From: Sminthopsis crassicaudata
Taxonomy: Eukaryota
Length of the DNA: 64,000 bases
Reading direction: 5' to 3'
Assembly (NCBI RefSeq): GCF_048593235.1
Contig: NC_133617.1
Location: forward strand, 70,206,937-70,270,936
Shown piece after piece: positions 31,289-41,300 of this stretch. Below the pieces are notes generated by a model. The model had not been told where the DNA came from. It did not search any database and worked only from the letters and a program-made list of their open reading frames with translations. Numbering within the stretch: the first letter of the stretch is position 1; each line of letters opens with the position of its first letter. Made by a program: the position numbers and the translations under genes.

Positions 31289-31294
31289 TTTATT
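31289..31294 (-). terminator. Polyadenylation signal AATAAA of C19orf53
   Basis: tttatt on the plus strand ~420 nt after the stop codon. Confidence 0.7.
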
Positions 31295-31715
31295 GCTTCA
31301 CATTAGACAGGATGTGGGGCTCAGGGCGGGTACAAGGAAGGAGAAATGAGAAGACAAATTGGGCTGAAGTGACTCCTGGAGCTGTTGAAGATCCCAGCAG
31401 CCTCCTGCCAGCCAGGAAGGCATCCTCTGTTCCTGAGAAGTCCCACTGTCTTCTTCAGGGGCTCTGAGAATTTGCAGGTTTGAGAAGATGCTATTTTAGT
31501 CAAACTGAGGCCTACGTGATTGTGGTGAAAAGGAGGAGAGATAACAGGGCTATTCTTGACTGAGGAGAAGCCTATTTTTTCTTTCCTAAGGCAGCTGTCA
31601 CCACTTATGTATCCACAAACATACGGGGGGATCAAGAGATTTCAGGGCACAGGGTCAAGCAGTCAGGTGAGGTGTGGGACGGAGTCTCCCATTTTTCCCT
31701 TGTTGCCTGCCTGGG

Positions 31716-33192
<1,477 letters not shown>

Positions 33193-33199
33193 GTCCGCG

Positions 33200-33400
33200 C
33201 CTCTCCACTGCAGAAAAGGAACCCGGAAAACACAACGGCTGACGGGATAGTATATAGCGGGCCGGAACGCGCAAGGGCTGACGGGATACAGCGTACAGCC
33301 GGGCAGTACGCGCAAGGGTTGACGGGATGCGGCGGGGCAGGGTCTCGGATTTAAAGGGATAGCCGCCGGTGGGGCGGAGTTCTATGAGATTATAGGATCC
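33200..33400 (-). promoter_or_regulatory. C19orf53 proximal promoter
   Basis: CpG-rich; ETS core CCGGAA (33223-33228), TATATA (33251-33256), GC box at ~33370 and three TGACGGGAT motifs. Confidence 0.6.
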
Positions 33401-34577
33401 TAGAGAGGGAAAGAAAAGTACGGATCTAGTTCCGCGTCAGCATTTTACCCGGGGGAAATAGGCTTATAGGGCCGCAGTAACATGCCTAAGACCACACCTA
33501 GCGTTTGAACCCTTCTGAGGACGTCAAATCCATCTGAGAAAAAAAAAAAGTGGGCATGCTCGTCCGGCCCATTCTACAGATGGGGGAAACTAAGGCTCAA
33601 TCGATTTAGAAAAAACGCTCCGCGGAGCAGCGGGAGTCTCGAGCCCTAGGCAGCCTCCGCCAAAGGCTGCTCATCCCCTCCTCGTTCTCTTCCAGATTCC
33701 CTTATCCTCCCCCATCCTTCTCTGCAGAAAGCGCGGGCCAGTTCCGGACTTGGGAGTCGCCCAGAATCCTAGTCGGCAAAGCAAGGAACCGGCTTACAGC
33801 CGGAAACGGGGAGAGTAGCCTTTGCTGCACAGTTAGTGAGTCGTTCACATGACAATCTGATTTAACCACCCGTTATGCGACCCCTGAAGGAACTTTCTGG
33901 ATCTCCTGACCCTCCAGGTCTACTCTCCCTCCGCGTGAGCCCCGAGGCCCGAAGGCCCGCTCTGTGATGGATCGGTCCCTTCCACTCAGAGGGAAGCGCT
34001 TCAGCCGCCGCGTGTTCCTCGCGCCGAGGCCCCTCCCACCTTCCTCCCCAGGCCCGCCTCCACCCCGCCCCGCCCTCTCCACTGACAGCCTCCTTTACTG
34101 CACCCCAAATCTTCAAAGGGACGCCTCTCCGCTTAGATCTGTGCTTCTGGTACTCGGCGCGTCTGAGTGCTCATCGATGCTGCTTCTGTGGGCGAGCTCG
34201 GCAACCGAGGGCAGTCCCTGCCCCGGGAAGCCAAAGGGAGGCTAGGCTATGAGGACACTTACTCCACCGGAGAGATCGGGACGGGAAACGAGGGAATCTA
34301 CCAATCCGAGGCTCATTTCCGGTGGGGGCGGGGCAGATGGTTTCCACTAGAAGAATCTCAAAATTCTGCTTTATAGGAGGATAATCTGTTTCAGATCTGA
34401 AGGGGCGCCTGGTGGAGAACGCAGGAGACCGGGCACCAGATAGTCCAGTTTAAATGATTATGGGAAGAGCAGAGTAAAAGAAGGCCAGGAAAGCATGCAC
34501 TGTGGAGGCCCTATTACAGGTAATAGGGAGCCACTGAAAGCCCGTTCGTTCAGATCATTTTGGTGGTGATATACATA

Positions 34578-35025
34578 GTAAATCAACAAGCATTTATTAA
34601 GCACCTACTATATACTAGGCAATGTGCAAAACTCTGGGGGTATGAAAAGAGGCAAAAAATAGTGCCTGCCCTCAAATCTAATGGGAGAGACCACAGGCAA
34701 ATGAATATGTACAAACAAGATGCTTGAGCTCTATTATAATTACAACTCCCATTGCTAAATAGGAAATAATTAAGAGAGGGAAGATTGAGAAGGGTTGGGA
34801 ACCATTTTTTAGAAAATATGATTTGGGTTGAGATTTGAAGGAAGGCATTGAATCCAGAAGGAAGGGATGAGGGGGGCATGGCAAAGAGCCAGAAAAAGGG
34901 CCTAGAATCAGGAGATTCTGTGCAAGGAACAGCCAGGAGGCCACTGTTACACTGAAGGGTATGTGCCAGGGAGTAGGGGGTAAGACCTGGAACATGGAGG
35001 GGGCTGAGTCACCAAGGGCTTTAAA
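34578..35025 (-). mobile_element. L2 LINE 3' fragment
   Basis: L2 tail in reverse (aatcaacaagcatttattaagcacctactatatactaggc) followed by L2 body. Confidence 0.65.
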
Positions 35026-35193
35026 CATAAGCAAGGGGCCTGCACTAGGGGTCGATTGTGAGAAGGGAGAGGCCAGAGGTAGAAGTGTTGGGATTGGACA
35101 CCCAGGGTATACAGGGAGAACTAAGGGTCAAAAATGACTTTTTGTCTTCCGGAAAGCACTTCACAAATAGAAGCAATTATCATAAATAAAAAG

Positions 35194-35199
35194 TTTATT
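35194..35199 (-). terminator. Polyadenylation signal AATAAA of MRI1
   Basis: tttatt on the plus strand ~155 nt after the MRI1 stop; an ATTAAA at 35217-35222 is an alternative. Confidence 0.7.
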
Positions 35200-35353
35200 G
35201 TAAAAAAGTTCAGGGATTTAATTCAAACAGACACTTTATGACACAAGGCACTGAGCTTGGAGCATTTAAATAGATGGGACATTGGGTTCCAAGAGCTTAC
35301 AATCTAATTAGAGGTAGAGGAAGGGAGACTTGGGATGGGAGGAGTTGGGTCCA

Positions 35354-38300
35354 TCAGGAGGTCTTAGAGGTCAGGGCAATCTGGAGGTCCTCGGGGGAGA
35401 AGACGCCATGCTCTGTGATGATGCCGCCAGTGATGAGCTCGTGAGGGGTGACGTCAAAGGCTGGGTTCCAAACTCCAATACCTAGGGAAAGGGGAGCCTG
35501 GGTGAGTGGGGGATCCCGGCCTGGCTTCAAGGAGAAATTAGGACCCATGCCCCATCTCCCTTGACCTGTCACTGGTACAAGTGTTTTAAAAGTTTTTTGG
35601 ACATTTTCTCACCATCTGTGCCTTCTTTCAAGGAAAGAGCAGCTCTATATAAAGGTTTATTCCTATTTTCCCTTCTCTTGCCCTTCCCTGCGTCTTGAAC
35701 TCTATTATGATTATACTTACAAGTTCCATTTCTAAAGCATTTTAACATTTATCAAATGCTTTCCTTAGAAGCCTATGAGCTAGGTAATGTGTTGTTGTTC
35801 AGTCATGTTTGATTCTCCATAATCCCATTTGGGGTTTTCTTGGCAAAGATAATGGAATGGCTTGCCATTTCCTTCTCCAGTTCATTTGGCAGATAAGAAA
35901 ACTGAAACAAACAAGGTTAAGTGATTTGCTCAGAGTCACATTGCAAGAATTTTTATACCTTCCCAACTCTGAACGGTATAGCAATTAGCATTGCATAGTG
36001 CAGTACACATTAGGTGCTTAGTAAATATTTATTGATAATACAGCACTAACACTTACCCTGGATTTGGATAAGGAGATGATTATGGTGATATGTCATGTCA
36101 ATTCTCTAGACTTCTGTCTAGAAATGAAGTCAGACTAAATGATTTCTTAAGGTTTTCTCTAGGAAACTTTTTTGTTTTCTCTTAGGTAGCTGGTGAACCG
36201 AGTTCAAATTCAACCTTAGATACTTAATAGCTGTATGACACTGGGGAAGTCACTTAACTTCTGTTTACCTCAGTTGCCATGACTATAGAATGGAGATAAT
36301 ACCTACTTACTTACCTTGCAGAGTTGTTATGGGGAACAANNNNNNNNNNNNNNNNNNNNNNNNNNNNNNNNNNNNNNNNNNNNNNNNNNNNNNNNNNNNN
36401 NNNNNNNNNNNNNNNNNNNNNNNNNNNNNNNNNNNNNNNNNNNNNNNNNNNNNNNNNNNNNNNNNNNNNNNNNNNNNNNNNNNNNNNNNNGAGACCATAT
36501 TTGAACTCGGGTCCTCCTGAATTCAGGGCTGGTGCTCTATCCACTGCGCCCCCTAGCTGTCCCCTACCAGGTACAATATAAAGGCTTGTTTTCTACTTGT
36601 CTTATTCCTGCCTTCTCTACCTCTAATGGGATCATAATTGCATTTCCTTTTTAAAAACACTTTAAAGTTGACCATAGATTTTCCTTAGATTCCTGTTATT
36701 TAGATCAGTGCTTAAACTATACTTGTGATAGTCCTCCCTTTTCACCTAAGAAATTTTTTTTTGTTTTGTTTTGTTTTGTTTTTTTATTTTATATATATAT
36801 ATATATATATTTTATAATATTATCCCTTGTATTCATTTTTCCAAATTACCCCCCTTCCCTCTATTCCCTCCCCCCGACGACAGGCAATACCATACATTTT
36901 ACATGTGTTACAATATAGTCTAGGTACAATACATGTGTGCGAATATCATTTTCTTGTTGCACAATAAACATTAGAATCCGAAGGTACATGCAACCTGGGC
37001 AGACAGATATTAGTGCTAACAATTTTCATTCCCCTCCCAGTGTTTCTTCTCTGGGTGCAGCTACCCCTGTCCATCATTGATCAACTGGAAGTGAGTTGAA
37101 TCTTCTTTATGTTGAAGATTTCCACTTCCATCAGAATACATCCCCATACAGTATTGTTGTTGAAGTGTACAGTGATCTTCTGGTTCTGCTCATTTCACTC
37201 AGCATCAGTTGATTTAAGTCTCTCCAGGCCTCTCTATATTCCTCCTGCTGGTCATTTCTTACAGAGCAATAATATTCCATAACCTTCATATACCACAATT
37301 TACCCAACCATTCTCCAACTGATGGACATCCATTCATCTTCCAGTTTCTAGCTACAACAAAAAGAGCTGCCACAAACATTTTGGCACATATATGTCTCTT
37401 TCCGCTCTTCAGTATTTCTTTGGGATATAAGCCCAGTAGTAGCGCTGCTGGGTCAAAGGGTATGCACAGTTTGATAACTTTTTGGGCATAATTCCAAATT
37501 GCTCTCCAGAATGGCTGGATTCTTTCACAACTCCACCAGCAATGTATTAGTGTCCCAATTTCCCCACATCCCCTCCAACATTTGTCATTATTTGTTCCTG
37601 TCATCTTAGCCAATCTGACAGGTGTGTAGTGGTATCTCAGAGTTGTCTTAATTTGCATTTCTCTGATCAGTAGTGATTTGGAACACTCTTTCATGTGAGT
37701 GGATATAGTTTCAATTTCTTCCTCTGAGAATTGTCTGTTCATATCCTTTGACCATTTATCAATTGGAGAATGGTTCGGTTTCTTATAAATTATGGTCAGT
37801 TCTCTATATATTTTGGAAATGAGACCTTTGTCAGAACCTTTGTTTTTAAAAATATTTTCCCAATTTGTTACTTCCCTTCTAATCTTGTTTGCATTAGTAT
37901 TATTTGTACACACCTAAGAAATTTTTACATGACCCTGGGGATATAGGTATACAAACAAGGGTACAGATCAAATGTTTACTGATAATTTTGTGACTTTCAC
38001 ATTCAGTTATGAGACCCCATATGGATTGTGAATCAGAGTTTAAGAAGCTGTTATCACAATAATAAAAGTATTCCTAGCCTTGTTTTATCTTCCCCCCCCC
38101 CCCTGAGGCTGGGGTTAAGTGACTTGCCCAGGGTCACACAGCTAGGAAGTGTTAAGTGTCTGAGATCAGATTTTGAACTTGGGTCCTCCTGAATTCAAGG
38201 CTGGTGCTCTATCCACTGCACCATCTAGCTGCCCCCCCAGCCTTATTTTATAACTGAGAAAACCAAGACGTAATATCAACTAGTGCTAGAGCTATAATTC

Positions 38301-41300
38301 CAGACTTGGTCTCTTGACTCCAAGACTGACACACTTCTTATCTACATAAAATATGCCTTCAGGAGTTTGTCTATCCTCTTTTTATTTATATCTGGAAGTT
38401 GTTTTCCAGTGTTTCTCAGCCTTTGTTCCCTTAGATCAAAGATGTAGAAAGGTTATGGAGGTTCTTGAACTTGAGGGGGAAATTACATCCTTATTTTCAC
38501 TGATCTCTAATTGGAATGTAGAATTTCTTTTGGTTATGAATTAAAAAAAAATACTTCTGAGAAAGGGTTCATAGACATCAGCAGAAGTCTGTGACAAAGA
38601 AAAGATTAAGTTGGTTGTCCCTTCCCCAAACTGGACCTAGGATGGGCTGTGCTACCTGTTTTATTGGATTCAGTTCAAAAGGCATCTAAATGCCTCACTG
38701 GGTGAAGTGCTGATGATGCAAGACAAAAATTAAATAGCTCCTGCCCTCAGAGTTTATACTCTATTCACTGCATATCTTGTTGATTAATGACTTCCTATCT
38801 CCTCCTACCCCCTGCTTTGCAGTAGGGGGGTAAGCTGTGAGGCAATAGAAAAGGGGCCAGGAGATAAAAAAGGTCTACAGCTTCTGTCTTCAGACCCAGT
38901 AAAGTGGTCCCATTCTCTTCCTGCCACCTGTCCTCAAAGGGAGACATGGAGTTCAGAAAACAAACAAGCATCAGGCCTTCTGGTCCTATCTGCTACTGTG
39001 CTGGACCTACCTGGGGCAGCAATCCTGGTCCCACAGAGACTGGTCAGCTCCTGGCCTGGCCGCTCCTCAATGACAATCTCCTGACCTGTCTTCAAGCTGA
39101 GATCACAAGAGGAAACGGGAGCAGCCACGTAGAAAGGGATCCCGTGGTGCTTGGCAACAATGGCCAGCTGGTAAGTCCCCACTTTGTTGGCAGTATCACC
39201 ATTGGCGACCACCCGGTCTGCTCCCACAATGACTGCTGCAGGGAGAAAGGAAAGGCCCTGTTAGCTGTTTAATCCCAGGCAAGTCTGGATTCTTGCTTCT
39301 TTGTCTGTTAAATGGGGGCATTACCTATTTTATGTGGTTGCTTTGAGGCAAGCAATATATAAACTTTGAAGAACCATAAAAATAGGTGCTAGTATTATTA
39401 CAGAAAGCTAAGGGGTAGAGGATTGAAAGGTCTCTAGAGTGCTGGGAAGGATTTATAGAAGTGATGAACAAGAATGGGTGCAGAAGACATCTTTGGGTTA
39501 TGAGCTGCCCAAATGGGGGAGGAGATTCTACATCTAACTGAAGTATTGAGGGCCAGGTAACAAGGAAAGGTTGGAAATTACAGGAGCATGGGGAAAGGAA
39601 TCTATGGCATCCATGGGGTAATAAGGAAGGAAACTAAGTAGTGCAAAGAGCACTGGAACTGAAGTCAGAAAATCTTGCTTCTACTCTGGGCTCTGCCAAT
39701 TAAATGTCTATTAAACTTGGGGAAGTCCTCTTTTTCTAATAAGATTCAGTTTATTCACTTCCTCCCACCCCATGCAATTAGGGAGAATGAATGGTTCCCA
39801 GCCCACCTCCGGACACTCAGCTAGACCACTGACCTCCCACCTCCTTGTGGGCCATGGCAGCAGCTACCATGCTGTCTGTGATGAGGGTGGCCGGGATCTT
39901 CTCATACACCAGCTCATAGGCCGTCAGCCGTGCCCCCTGGTTGTAGGGCCGAGTCTCCGTACAGAACACATGCTTCAGGCGGCCCAGGGCATGCAGAGAT
40001 CTGATCACACCTGTGAATGACCCACATTCCCCTTACCCCAAGGCAGAAGAGACAATAAGAAGCCCTGTGAGGGGCAGGGTAGAGTAGAGGCCCCATAGTG
40101 TGAGAGAAAGGAGTAGGGCAATCAAGGAAGGCTTCAGAGAAGAGGTGGCAACTTGAGCTGAGCCCTGAAGGAAGATTAGGGTTCTAAAAAGTAGAGAAGG
40201 GAGGGAATAAGTGTATTCAGGTATGGGAGTACAGCACATGAAAATGCATGTAGATGGGAAGTGGTATATTTCATTTAAAAGAGAATTAAGGGACCTCTAA
40301 GATGCTTTCCAGATCTCAGTTCTGTAATCCTATAATCTGTTCTTTCCCCTCACTCACCCAAAGCTGTTCCATAGCCTGCGGTGGCTAATGAGCCAGTGTT
40401 GCAGTGGGTCAGTACGGTCACCTGGCCACCCCCTGGTGCCACACGCTCCAGAAGGTGCTGGGCCCCATGGTCCCCAATGCTTTGGTTGTCCTTGATGTCT
40501 TTCTCCAGCATGTGCTCAGCCCAGCAGATCAACCTGGGGAGGGAGCAAGGGTGGGCGAATGAAGGATGGGTAAAGAGCTATTACCTGCACACCCAGCGGA
40601 TATCTGCTCCCAGCTGGCACTTAAACAGGTACCCGAATTCAGATTTGGTCCTAAAAGAATGTTAGCTGTATGATCTTGGCCAAGTCACAGTAAACATACC
40701 TCAATTTTTTGGTCCACAAAATGGGGATTAATTTATCTGTAGTGCTTAATCGTAGGGTTGTTATGAATCAAGAAACTCCCTCAGCCTGTTACAGAGAAAT
40801 TTGTAGCTTCACACAGATGGTTTGATCATTGAGATCTGACTTGTCCAGGGTCATATAGCCAGGATGTGTCAAGAGGCAGGTGAAACTTAAAAAATTACAT
40901 AAATACACAGTAACATAACACATGCTAGAAGAGATGTAACAAATCAGTAGAAAAACCTTTTAAATGAAGTTTTTGTACAATAGAAACTTCTCAGAAGTCG
41001 AAATTTAGGCTGTAAAAAACACATGCAAAACATACTTCTCTGAAAACACCAAACTACACAAATGCAGAATGAAAACAGCATTTCAACTCCACCAAAAGTA
41101 GTCTTCATAAAAGGTGTAAAAGTCACCTATTCACTAGGCACTGTTCACTTTTAAACAGGAGACAATAAAAAAATATTGTTCACAAAACAAAATCCCATTT
41201 CAGAAATCCACCATCTTCATGCTTTAGTAGCGACGAGGTGAATAAGATCGAGATCGAGACCGTGACCTGTAACCAACACGACTGTAATATGGGGAGGAGG

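Noticed and set aside
36290-36581. ORFs containing X runs
   Set aside because: Artefacts of the 151-N assembly gap.
40600-40944. Search for a 3' LTR, polypurine tract or TSD matching the LTR flank (acctat)
   Set aside because: None found; the region holds MIR fragments, so a complete provirus cannot be claimed.
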